DNA of 22,510 nucleotides, taken from positions 1 to 22,510 of the forward strand of contig JAVJWO010000057.1 of NCBI GenBank assembly GCA_040222015.1. The letters are read 5' to 3'. The translations under genes and the position numbers were made by a program. Shown piece after piece: positions 1 to 8,443 of the stretch; position 1 is the stretch's first letter; each line of letters starts with the position of its first letter. Source of the DNA: Coleofasciculus chthonoplastes F2-STO-03 (lineage in GTDB: Bacteria; Cyanobacteriota; Cyanobacteriia; Cyanobacteriales; Coleofasciculaceae). The notes below the pieces were generated by a model. It was not told the DNA's origin. It saw only the letters and a program-made list of their open reading frames with translations, and searched no databases.

Positions 1-200
1 GGGGTGAGCGTGCAGACTCAGCCGTAAAAAAGAGTAACCTACCATCTGGCAAGGTTGGCTACGCTTTTTTGGTCATGACACCCAAGAATGAACGCTAGTT
101 TTTGGCACTGTCGGAACTATCAACGAAAGGCGAGACATCGAAGAGAAGCCCTCTGATACTCCATAACAAGCCTGAGAAGCATTGTCGAAGCTAACATTAC
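1..200 (+). ncRNA. IscB-associated omega-RNA (HEARO-like) scaffold; 5' end and guide lie outside the window
   Basis: Ordered motifs typical of cyanobacterial IscB leaders: CAGACTCAG...CTACG...GGTCATGACACC...GCTAGTT...CTGTC...ACAAGCC...CATTGTCGAAGCTAACATTAC. Visible nested helices: 20-23/57-60, 36-40/52-56, 63-72/171-180, 77-80/109-112, 82-88/99-105, 113-122/154-162. An IscB-like C-terminal fragment follows. Confidence 0.75.
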
Positions 201-270
201 TTTACTGGACTTTGGACAAACAAAGAAGTAAAAGAACTTAAAGTAGCTTACTCTAAGCCACCGATTGTGA

Positions 271-405
271 TACTCAACTCGACTTTGCCCATACAGCAAC
301 GGTAGAGGTGAGATCTATCCGACAACTGGCAAAAAACGGATTGGCATCAAACTCGAATATGTCGAAAAACCAATTCATCGAAAGGATGGCTACAGCTATG
401 GGTGA
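271..405 (+). pseudogene. iscB: C-terminal remnant of an IscB (RRXRR/HNH, IS200/IS605 superfamily) ORF
   Basis: Frame 1 reads YSTRLCPYSNGRGEIYPTTGKKRIGIKLEYVEKPIHRKDGYSYG*. The terminal IHRKDGYSY matches the usual IscB C-terminal motif. No start codon; in-frame TGA at 268-270. Confidence 0.7.
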
Positions 406-434
406 AAAGTACCCAAACGGGAAGAAATGTCTAG

Positions 435-1955
435 ATGTGTCCAGAAATTAACAAACAGCTTCTAACCCATCGCGTCGTTGTCATTGGTGCAGGAATTGGG
501 GGTCTAACGGCTGGCGCACTTCTTGCCCGTCGAGGTTACTCAGTGTTAGTCCTCGACCAAGCCTTTGTCCCTGGCGGATGTGCCTCCACGTTCAAGCGTC
601 GCGGCTTTACCTTTGATGTGGGTGCAACCCAAGTGGCAGGTTTAGAACTAGGTGGCATTCATCAGCGAATTTTTGAGGAGTTAGAAATTGACTTACCCGC
701 CGCGACTCCCTGTGATCCCGGTTGTGCCGTATTTCTCCCTGGCGAAACTGAACCGATTAACGTTTGGCGTGACCCAGAAAAATGGGCAAAAGAACGGCAA
801 CGGCAATTTCCGGGGAGTGAACCCTTCTGGCAACTGATGAGAACTCTATTCAATGCCAGTTGGAGATTTCAATCCCGTGATCCCGTATTACCCCCACGAA
901 GCCTCTGGGATTTGTGGCAATTAATCTCAGCGGTGCGTCCAGATACCCTGATTACGCTACCGTTTACCTTTATGACGGTGGGAGATGCGTTGCGCGGCTA
1001 TCGACTCTATGACAATCAGCGTTTGAGGACATTTCTGGATTTACAACTGAAGCTGTATTCCCAAGTGGGTGCCGATGAAACCGCTTTACTGTATGCTGCA
1101 ACTGCCCTCGGCGTTTCCCAAGAACCTCAAGGATTGTTTCACCTGAACGGGAGTATGCAAGTGTTGAGCGATCGCCTAGTCGCCGCCTTGGAGAAATGGG
1201 GTGGTAAACTGCTGATGCGTCATACTGTGGAACAGATTCAGGTTTCCGGGGGCAAGGTTACAGGCGTAACGGTGAGAAATCAGAAAACTGGACAGGTTTG
1301 GACAGAATCAGCCGATGAAGTGGTGGCAAATGTGACGGCACAAAACCTGGTCAAGTTACTGGGAAATCACGCGCCCAAGGGTTATCAGCGTCGCATCGAT
1401 AAATTACCGCCTGCATCAGGTGCCTTTGTCATTTATCTGGGTGTTGACCAAGCATCTATTCCAGCAGGTTGTCCGCCTCACCTGCAATTTCTCTACGATT
1501 ACAACGGTGAGATTGGCGAAAATAACTCTTTATTTGTCTCGGTTAGTAAACCCGGTGATGGTCGCGCCCCAGAGGAAAAAGCCACGATTATTGCCTCCTC
1601 GTTTACCGATACCCGAAGGTGGTGGCAAGGTTCTCAACAGGAGTATGACCAGTTAAAACAAGATTATACCCAAGACGCGATCGCACGGCTATGTCAATAC
1701 TTTAACTTAACTCCAGAAACCATTATCCACCAAGAAACAGCAACACCCCGAACCTTTGCCTATTACACCGGACGCCATCAAGGAATCGTCGGCGGAATTG
1801 GTCAGCGAGTGCCAACATTCGGTCCCTTTGGCTTTGCTACTCGCACCCCCATTAATCACCTATGGTTGGTGGGAGATTCTACCCATCCTGGTGAAGGGAC
1901 AGCTGGAGTCAGCTACTCAGCATTTACGGCTGTACGGCAAATTCAGGTAATCTAA
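435..1955 (+). CDS. crtD: Carotenoid C-3',4' desaturase (CrtI/CrtD family FAD-dependent oxidoreductase)
   Basis: N-terminal VVVIGAGIGG Rossmann motif, GGCASTFKRRGFTFDVGATQVAG, C-terminal LWLVGDSTHPGEGTAGV; 506 aa. Confidence 0.85.
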   Translation: MCPEINKQLLTHRVVVIGAGIGGLTAGALLARRGYSVLVLDQAFVPGGCASTFKRRGFTFDVGATQVAGLELGGIHQRIFEELEIDLPAATPCDPGCAVFLPGETEPINVWRDPEKWAKERQRQFPGSEPFWQLMRTLFNASWRFQSRDPVLPPRSLWDLWQLISAVRPDTLITLPFTFMTVGDALRGYRLYDNQRLRTFLDLQLKLYSQVGADETALLYAATALGVSQEPQGLFHLNGSMQVLSDRLVAALEKWGGKLLMRHTVEQIQVSGGKVTGVTVRNQKTGQVWTESADEVVANVTAQNLVKLLGNHAPKGYQRRIDKLPPASGAFVIYLGVDQASIPAGCPPHLQFLYDYNGEIGENNSLFVSVSKPGDGRAPEEKATIIASSFTDTRRWWQGSQQEYDQLKQDYTQDAIARLCQYFNLTPETIIHQETATPRTFAYYTGRHQGIVGGIGQRVPTFGPFGFATRTPINHLWLVGDSTHPGEGTAGVSYSAFTAVRQIQVI

Positions 1956-2070
1956 AGAAAGAGTTTTGTTGGTAGACTGCAATGGGATTAAACCTGTTGG
2001 CAATAGAATAGAGACCATAACCTTTGTCGGTCTTGTGTATACATAGTTGTTTGGATTAGGGAAAACTGCC

Positions 2071-3015
2071 GTGGATGGGGGGAATCAGCAACGAATCTTA
2101 GGTTATTTCATCGAAGAGGCGAAAGAACACCTTGACACCCTCGAACAAGGGTTATTGAATGTGCAGGAAAGTGCTCAAGACCCAGAGATGGTCAATGAGA
2201 TGTTCCGTGCGGCTCATTCGGTCAAAGGCGGGGCGGCAATGCTAGGCTTTAGCAGTCTACAAAAAGTTGCCCACCGCTTAGAGGATTGTTTGAAGATTCT
2301 CAAAGAACATCCCGTTAACCTTGATCGCCATGTCGAGAGTTTATTCTTACAAGGCTACGACACTCTCAAAGACCTGATCGAACAACTTCAAGGACCCTTT
2401 GGTCTCCGGGATGATGAAGCCGATAAAATGGTGCAAGCCGCCGAACCGACGTTCAAGGAATTGCAGACGTACCTGGAACGGTTGATTAGTGGTGGGGAAC
2501 CAGCAACTGCAGCTCCGGCAAAATCAGCAAAGGGTGGAGCTAAAGCGACGGGTCAAGCATCTGAGAACTTTTCTGCTCAGGTGACAGGTATCCTCAAGCA
2601 AATGTTGCAATTGTTCAAACAATCAGAAACACCCGCCAATCGTAAAAAGCTGCAAGAGAATTGTCATAAGCTAGCGAAACTCGCCCAAACGGTTGAACCC
2701 TGGCAAGTCTTGGTAAAAAATGCCTCTGATGCGATCGCGAATTCCCAAAATTCGTTCCACACTCTAGCACCTGTCATTATTAAAGAACTCAAACAAGCTA
2801 GCGATCAAGTCCAACAAGGAAAAGAGAGTACTCTCAAGGCAAGTCCAGCGTTACAGAAGTTGGCAAAAGCTACCCCCAGCCAAGGCGGTGGTAAACAGAT
2901 TACGATTACCGTGGAACCCAAAGCGGCAGCTAAAGCGATTATCAAAGCGTTTGACAAACGACAACTCACTCAACTGACCAAATTACTGGTTCAAGCCTCT
3001 CGCGCTTCTTCGTAG
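2071..3015 (+). CDS. Stand-alone Hpt-domain protein (CheA P1-like) with a helical C-terminal region
   Basis: FIEEAKEHL...EMFRAAHSVKGGAAMLG phospho-His motif; no kinase or CheW domain seen. GTG at 2071 after AGGGAAAA is preferred over TTG at 2047. Confidence 0.85.
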   Translation: MDGGNQQRILGYFIEEAKEHLDTLEQGLLNVQESAQDPEMVNEMFRAAHSVKGGAAMLGFSSLQKVAHRLEDCLKILKEHPVNLDRHVESLFLQGYDTLKDLIEQLQGPFGLRDDEADKMVQAAEPTFKELQTYLERLISGGEPATAAPAKSAKGGAKATGQASENFSAQVTGILKQMLQLFKQSETPANRKKLQENCHKLAKLAQTVEPWQVLVKNASDAIANSQNSFHTLAPVIIKELKQASDQVQQGKESTLKASPALQKLAKATPSQGGGKQITITVEPKAAAKAIIKAFDKRQLTQLTKLLVQASRASS

Positions 3016-3155
3016 GTGATATCAAATGCTTCTTGCACCCAATTAAGGTTTGAAAGCTATGCACGGGTAAGTTATCGGCTGTCCGCTTCTTTTGGGTTAC
3101 TCTCCGAGAAGGCGAGAGCCTAAGTTCCAAGGACCCAACCGACAAAGAGCCTTCT

Positions 3156-4592
3156 CTAGCTTGCAGATAAAATACTCAAACGCACTTTATCCCCATCCTT
3201 TAACGGCGCATCACTGCGAACGACAAACCGTTCCCCAGGCTTTAAACCAGATACAATAGCCACTCTACCCTTGGCGCGATCGCTAATTTCTACTTGACGT
3301 GTCTTAACTGTAGATTCAGCACCATTTTCAACCACGACAAACACCGCCGCTTTCTCTGATGTTTGAGTCGGCTGATTCGTTTTTGCCATCTGAGTATTGC
3401 CACGCCCTGACTCTGTGCCAACCTCTAACGCCGTTTGCGGAACCACCACTTGGGCTTGGGTATTTGGGGTGAAGCTAACTCGGGCTAAAAGTCCACTCCC
3501 AATTTGACGATTTGGGTTGGGAATCGTCACTTCTACAGGGATTTGTAGGGCTTCACTATCTGCTGCTGGAGAAATTCGGGTCACTTTTCCGGAAAACGAT
3601 TCATTGGCAAGGGCGTCTAAATGCACCGTTACTGATTGTCCCACCTGAATATTCGCCAATTCTCGATCTGAAACTTGGACTTCTACTTTTACCTGAGAGA
3701 AATCCCCTAACTTCAGCAGTTCACTTCCCGGTGTCACCAGATTCCCCGATTCAGTGACTCGTTCTAATACCACACCATTAATCGGGGAGGCGAGTAACGA
3801 ATAGGATTGACGTTCCTTATTTTGAGCTAAAATAGCTTGCTGCGCCTTAACTCGTTCTTGTGCAGCAGCAACGGCTTGTTGTTCGGTGTGAATTTGCTTG
3901 AGGGTGGCTTGCAGGTTTTGTTGGGCGGTGGCGGCGGCGGTTTGGGCTAATTCGGCTTCTTGTCGAGAAATAGCGCCTTCTTGCGCCAGGTTTTGTAACC
4001 GTGTCGCATCAACTTTAGCTTGCTGCAATTCTAAGCGGGCTTGTTCTGCCCTGGCTTGGGCATTCCCCACCTGAGTTTGGGCGCGGGCGACTTCTGAATT
4101 TAAGGCGGCGAGTTCAGCTTGGGCTTCAGTTACAGCCGTTTGTAATAAGGCGTCGTCAACTTGAGCTAAAATTTGTCCTTGTTTAACCCGATCGCCAATA
4201 TCAACCGCTAGATTCAACACTCGCCCTTCAATTTGAGATCGTAGCGAGACATCCCGTAGGGGTTGAGTGTTACCTTTATACTCTATGGGTTCTACCACCC
4301 ATCCCGTTTCTGCGATCGCGACGTTTACGGCTGTACTGGTTTTCTCTTCTGCACCAGGGGGTTTGGGTTGCGCCCCAGCTTCTGTCTTGGGATTAATCCC
4401 ACATCCAGTGAGAGACGGTACAAGTAAAATAATCCACAGCACCAGAAAAACCCAATAGTTAGGGCTGGCTGAATCAGTATTGTGGTGAGGGGGAGCATGT
4501 AGAGACGCGCCATGGCGCGTCTGGGAAGCTAGGGGAGCCGCAGACGCTGAATGACTCAATTGATTCTGAGAGTACACGCTTTTAGTTCCCAT
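3156..4592 (-). CDS. RND efflux periplasmic adaptor (membrane fusion protein), probable lipoprotein
   Basis: Hydrophobic segment ending in LTGC lipobox, lipoyl halves (VDIGDRVKQGQILAQ; SPINGVV), coiled-coil hairpin, beta-barrel GKVTRISP and SGLKPGERFVV. Confidence 0.9.
   Translation of the reverse strand: MGTKSVYSQNQLSHSASAAPLASQTRHGASLHAPPHHNTDSASPNYWVFLVLWIILLVPSLTGCGINPKTEAGAQPKPPGAEEKTSTAVNVAIAETGWVVEPIEYKGNTQPLRDVSLRSQIEGRVLNLAVDIGDRVKQGQILAQVDDALLQTAVTEAQAELAALNSEVARAQTQVGNAQARAEQARLELQQAKVDATRLQNLAQEGAISRQEAELAQTAAATAQQNLQATLKQIHTEQQAVAAAQERVKAQQAILAQNKERQSYSLLASPINGVVLERVTESGNLVTPGSELLKLGDFSQVKVEVQVSDRELANIQVGQSVTVHLDALANESFSGKVTRISPAADSEALQIPVEVTIPNPNRQIGSGLLARVSFTPNTQAQVVVPQTALEVGTESGRGNTQMAKTNQPTQTSEKAAVFVVVENGAESTVKTRQVEISDRAKGRVAIVSGLKPGERFVVRSDAPLKDGDKVRLSILSAS
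4499..4522 (+). repeat. GTAG-type REP-like palindrome inside the 5' part of the RND adaptor ORF
   Basis: GTAG-AGACGCGCCATGGCGCGTCT is a perfect palindrome after GTAG; relatives at 6208-6232, 8212-8236 and 13396-13415. Confidence 0.8.
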
Positions 4593-4645
4593 TAGAGTAA
4601 ATTTGTCAAGGGGGGTTTTAAAGTTTCTTCATATATCTACTCTAA

Positions 4646-5206
4646 ATGTTACCGCCCATTAATCAAGTTGCCTATCAAAAGCATCGCCACTGGATGAACA
4701 GGTCCCTCGCGATCGCACAATCGGCGGGTGAAGCAGGGGAAGTCCCCGTTGGTGCAGTGATTATTGATGATCAGGATAACCTCATCGCCACCGGAGAAAA
4801 TCGGCGAGAACGCGATCGCGATCCTACCGCCCACGCCGAAATCCTTGCCCTACGTGCAGCCGGTCAAACCTTAAACACCTGGCATTTAAACACCTGCACC
4901 CTTTATGTCACCTTAGAACCCTGTGCCATGTGTGCTGGGGCGATTATCTTGGCGCGGTTAGGTTTACTGGTGTATGGTGCAGATGACCCCAAAACCGGCA
5001 CAATCCGCACCGTTGCCAATAGTCCTGATAGCGCCTACTCCAACCATCGCTTACCCGTCTTAGCTGGAATTATGGAAACCGAATGTCGAGAATATCTGAA
5101 ATCCTGGTTTGCCCAACGACGCCAGCGCGATCGACAATCAACCTTTAACCATGACATTAACAGAACTGTCCCTTCAGTAGACGACAGGGGTAGTCAGACC
5201 TCATAA
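4646..5206 (+). CDS. tadA: tRNA adenosine(34) deaminase
   Basis: GEVPVGAVI, DPTAHAEI and LYVTLEPCAMCAGA zinc deaminase motifs, plus DPKTG. Confidence 0.92.
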   Translation: MLPPINQVAYQKHRHWMNRSLAIAQSAGEAGEVPVGAVIIDDQDNLIATGENRRERDRDPTAHAEILALRAAGQTLNTWHLNTCTLYVTLEPCAMCAGAIILARLGLLVYGADDPKTGTIRTVANSPDSAYSNHRLPVLAGIMETECREYLKSWFAQRRQRDRQSTFNHDINRTVPSVDDRGSQTS

Positions 5207-5247
5207 GGTAAGAGTGGAGAGTCGAAACACAAAAAACCGAATCCCTT

Positions 5248-6012
5248 ATGATGCAACTCCAATCCCGTGAACAGAACCAAACTCCCTCAACCTTGGACAA
5301 GCCTGATTCAAAGACGGTCAATTCCGCCAAAATAGTTCCCGTTAACTCCAGTGTTTCCCATTGGTTAACCTCAATCTTCTATCCGTTGGGGCGTCGTATC
5401 CTCATGCCCCTTTATTTTGGGCAGCTGCAAGTGACGGGACAAGACAATATTCCCAAAACAGGTCCAGTTATTTTAGCACCCACCCATCGATCACGTTGGG
5501 ATGGATTAACCATGGCTTATGCGGCTGGCAAACCTGTCACAGGAAGGGATTTGCGATTTATGGTGTCGCAAGATGAAATGAAAGGATTACAAGGCTGGTT
5601 TATCCGCCGCCTGGGTGGGTTTCCGGTGAATACGAAACACCCGGGAATCAGCAGTATCCGGCATAGTGTTGAACTCCTGCGTCGTGGCGAAGCCCTGGTG
5701 ATGTTTCCCGAAGGGAATATTTTTCGTCTTGGTGAGGTTAATCCACTTAAACCTGGTATGGCGAGAATTGCCCTGCAAGCCGAATCCAATCAACCCGGTT
5801 TGGGATTAAAAATTGTACCCGTTAGCATCCGTTATAGTGAACCTGTTCCTCAATGGGGTTCTGATATTGACATTCAGATTGGATCGGCTTTAGATGTCGC
5901 CAAGTATTGCAACCAGTCGGCTAAAAAAGGCGCTCAACAGCTAACCACTGATTTGGAAATAGCACTGAAACAGATCGATCAAAAGCTGGAAGTAATCAAA
6001 GAAGCTGTTTAA
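5248..6012 (+). CDS. plsC: 1-acyl-sn-glycerol-3-phosphate (lysophospholipid) acyltransferase
   Basis: HRSRWD (HxxxxD) motif, GGFPVN, MFPEG, KPGMARIA, IVPVSI. Confidence 0.85.
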   Translation: MMQLQSREQNQTPSTLDKPDSKTVNSAKIVPVNSSVSHWLTSIFYPLGRRILMPLYFGQLQVTGQDNIPKTGPVILAPTHRSRWDGLTMAYAAGKPVTGRDLRFMVSQDEMKGLQGWFIRRLGGFPVNTKHPGISSIRHSVELLRRGEALVMFPEGNIFRLGEVNPLKPGMARIALQAESNQPGLGLKIVPVSIRYSEPVPQWGSDIDIQIGSALDVAKYCNQSAKKGAQQLTTDLEIALKQIDQKLEVIKEAV

Positions 6013-6131
6013 GTGCGATCGCAGTGATCTTAATCTATCCCTATTTCTCGCTTAATAGCTTCAGACTACTCAAAGAATTCCATGGCTATTCCGACAACGG
6101 TGGTGCAGGTGATTACGAATTGGATTGAATC

Positions 6132-6195
6132 AGGGCGGGTTTTGTTGATAAGTTATTGGTGAGTGGCTAGGTTTAGTGGCTAAACCCGCCCCTAC
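6132..6195 (-). repeat. Long GTAG REP-like stem-loop element (GTAGGGGCGGGTTT...AAACCCGCCCT)
   Basis: Inverted arms around a roughly 35-40 nt loop; closely similar to 13904-13967, including loop sequence. Confidence 0.85.
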
Positions 6196-6207
6196 AAGTC
6201 CACCAGA

Positions 6208-6232
6208 AGACGTTCCAACGGAACGTCTCTAC
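6208..6232 (-). repeat. GTAG REP-like palindrome
   Basis: GTAG-AGACGTTCC-GTT-GGAACGTCT on the minus strand; nearly identical to 8212-8236. Confidence 0.85.
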
Positions 6233-6239
6233 GAGTTTC

Positions 6240-6400
6240 CCCATAATTCACCGGAACATCGCGAAACAAACCCAACCCCACCACCACGGGATTAAGAGCC
6301 AGAATCTGACTGAGTACCTGTGCCAAAACGCGATCGCTTATCGGATAATGGTCTAAGTCCTGGATATCCGCCTCGGTTATCCCTACAATCACTATATAAT
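6240..6400 (-). pseudogene. CHASE2 sensor-domain fragment
   Basis: IVIVGITEADIQ...YPISDRVLAQVLSQILALNPVVVGLGLFRDVPV resembles the N-terminal CHASE2 motif. The homology runs into REP elements and has no upstream TM segment. Confidence 0.75.
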
Positions 6401-6684
6401 CGCTATAGGCGGCGATAAACGCTTCCGGACTAACCTTTATTGACATACAAAACAACCATTAACCTTAAAAAAAGTTAAGTTTTATTGCTCTGATTTTCAG
6501 AATAGTTTTAACAAAAACTTTAAGCAAACTTGATAAGATTTGCTTGAAACAGGCTTATGCTAGGGTAGTGACTGACTATGGAATCCTAAACTATTGTTCC
6601 CTTAGTCAGGAAAAACAAATCGATAAAGACAAACAAGTATCAGGTTCAGATATCTACACCTGTCCCTAACCTATCTGCATACCC

Positions 6685-8145
6685 ATGAGCATGACCGAAA
6701 CCACATCCTGGAACGATGTCCGCATCGCCTTTAAAAAAATATGGGGATATGATAATTTCCGTCCGCCTCAAGGTGAGATTATTCGGAGTATTTTGGAAGG
6801 GCGAGATGCACTGATTGTGTTACCCACAGGTGGGGGAAAATCGATTTGTTTTCAACTTCCCGCCCTCTTACAAACTGGATTAACCTTGGTGATTTCCCCG
6901 TTAGTTGCTCTAATGGAAAATCAGGTACAAGAATTACGCGATCGCAACTTACCCGCCGCCCTGTTACATAGTCAATTAACCCCGCAACAACGCCGAAAAA
7001 CCCTGCAAGCCCTGGAAAACCAGCAACTCCGATTACTTTACCTCTCCCCAGAAACCCTATTAAGTGTGCCCGTTTGGGAACGACTCTCTCAGCCCCATCT
7101 AAAAATTAATGGATTAATTCTCGATGAGGCACATTGTCTGGTTCAATGGGGTGATACCTTTAGACCCGCGTATCGGCGTCTAGGCGCAGTACGACCCACC
7201 CTACTCAAATCTAAACCACCCGGCAGCCAAATGCCGATCGCAGCATTTACGGCGACGGCTGATCCCAGCGCCCAAGACACCATCAGTAAGGTGTTGCAAT
7301 TAGAACATCCCCAAGCCTTTTTAATCAGTCCCTATCGCCACAATCTTAACCTAGACGTCCAAATCGTCTGGACACCACGGGGACGCCGCCAGAAGATGTT
7401 ACAGTTCATTCAAGCCAGAAATCGGCAATCGGGGTTAGTTTATGTCCGTTCCCGGCGAGATGGCGAGGAATTAGCCCAATGGTTTGGGGAACGGGGATAT
7501 GCGACAGCCGCCTATCACGCCGGATTAAGTTCTCAACAACGGCGAGAGATTGAACAGAGTTGGCTGAGTGGCAAAACTCAATTTGTTGTGTGTACTTGCG
7601 CCTTTGGGATGGGCATCAATAAGCCCAATGTGCGGTGGGTGGTACATTTTCAGCCCCCCCAATTATTATCAGAATATATCCAAGAAGTCGGTCGCGGCGG
7701 ACGAGATGGCAAACCCGCAGACGCCCTGACGTTGATCAGTGAGCCAACGGGGTGGTTAAATTCAGAGGATAAGCAAAAGCGTCAGTTTTTTGTCGATCAG
7801 ATGCGATCGCAATACCAACAGGCACAACGCTTAGTCAAAAAGCTACCTGAACAGGGGAATGTCGCCGCCGTCTCCCAGGAATTTCGCCAGGGTGAAGTCG
7901 CATTAGCCCTGCTCCACAGTGCGGAACAATTGGAATGGCAAGATCCCTTTCACTATCACAAACACCCATCCCCAGATTCCCGCGCTTTGGCTCAATTAAG
8001 TTCTCACCAAGTTCAGGTACAGAAACTGATGACACAATACCTGACAACTCGCCAATGTCGTTGGCAGTTTTTACTCAAGGCGTTTGGGTTTAAAAAGGAG
8101 GCGATGGGATTAAAATGTGGGCATTGTGATAATTGTCGGAAATAA
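6685..8145 (+). CDS. recQ: ATP-dependent DNA helicase, RecQ family (short form, no HRDC seen)
   Basis: PTGGGKS Walker A, DEAHC, TATA, AFGMGINKP, QEVGRGGRDG, C-terminal CRW...CGHCDNC zinc motif. Confidence 0.93.
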   Translation: MSMTETTSWNDVRIAFKKIWGYDNFRPPQGEIIRSILEGRDALIVLPTGGGKSICFQLPALLQTGLTLVISPLVALMENQVQELRDRNLPAALLHSQLTPQQRRKTLQALENQQLRLLYLSPETLLSVPVWERLSQPHLKINGLILDEAHCLVQWGDTFRPAYRRLGAVRPTLLKSKPPGSQMPIAAFTATADPSAQDTISKVLQLEHPQAFLISPYRHNLNLDVQIVWTPRGRRQKMLQFIQARNRQSGLVYVRSRRDGEELAQWFGERGYATAAYHAGLSSQQRREIEQSWLSGKTQFVVCTCAFGMGINKPNVRWVVHFQPPQLLSEYIQEVGRGGRDGKPADALTLISEPTGWLNSEDKQKRQFFVDQMRSQYQQAQRLVKKLPEQGNVAAVSQEFRQGEVALALLHSAEQLEWQDPFHYHKHPSPDSRALAQLSSHQVQVQKLMTQYLTTRQCRWQFLLKAFGFKKEAMGLKCGHCDNCRK

Positions 8146-8151
8146 GGTGAT

Positions 8152-8259
8152 GGGGAAGCGGGGGGAGCTGGGGGAGCTGGGGGAGCGGGGGGAGCTGGGG
8201 AAGCTGGGGTTGTAGAGACGTTCCGGTGGAACGTCTGGGAGATGAGGGAGATGAGGGAG
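8152..8259 (+). repeat. G-rich 9-mer tandem repeats (GGGGAGCTG x~6; GGAGATGAG x~2) flanking a GTAG palindrome (8212-8236)
   Basis: Read directly from the sequence downstream of the recQ stop. Confidence 0.85.
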
Positions 8260-8293
8260 GTGAATGATCAATGACTAGAAAAGAGTTTTATGT

Positions 8294-8354
8294 GTAGGGG
8301 CGGGTTTCACTACTATCATTTTTTTGTCCACCCTAATGTCACTAAACCCGCCCT
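8294..8354 (+). repeat. Long GTAG REP-like stem-loop element
   Basis: GTAGGGGCGGGTTT...AAACCCGCCCT. Confidence 0.85.
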
Positions 8355-8359
8355 GTCTA

Positions 8360-8443
8360 AATGATAAATGACCAATGACGAATGACAAATGACGAATAAC
8401 AAATAACAAATGACCAATGACGAATGACGAATGATAAATAACA
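8360..8443 (+). repeat. Heptamer tandem array (AATGACN/AATAACA, 12 units), STRR-like
   Basis: Units every 7 nt from 8360; the ATG at 8431 lies in unit 11. Confidence 0.9.

Noticed and set aside
4646..8145. Deaminase plus helicase as a possible anti-phage module
   Set aside because: Both look like canonical housekeeping TadA and RecQ, are separated by plsC, and show no defence-associated domains.
8146..8443. Possible CRISPR array among the repeats (also 20275-20400)
   Set aside because: Units are 7-9 bp tandem repeats with no unique spacers, and no cas genes are present.
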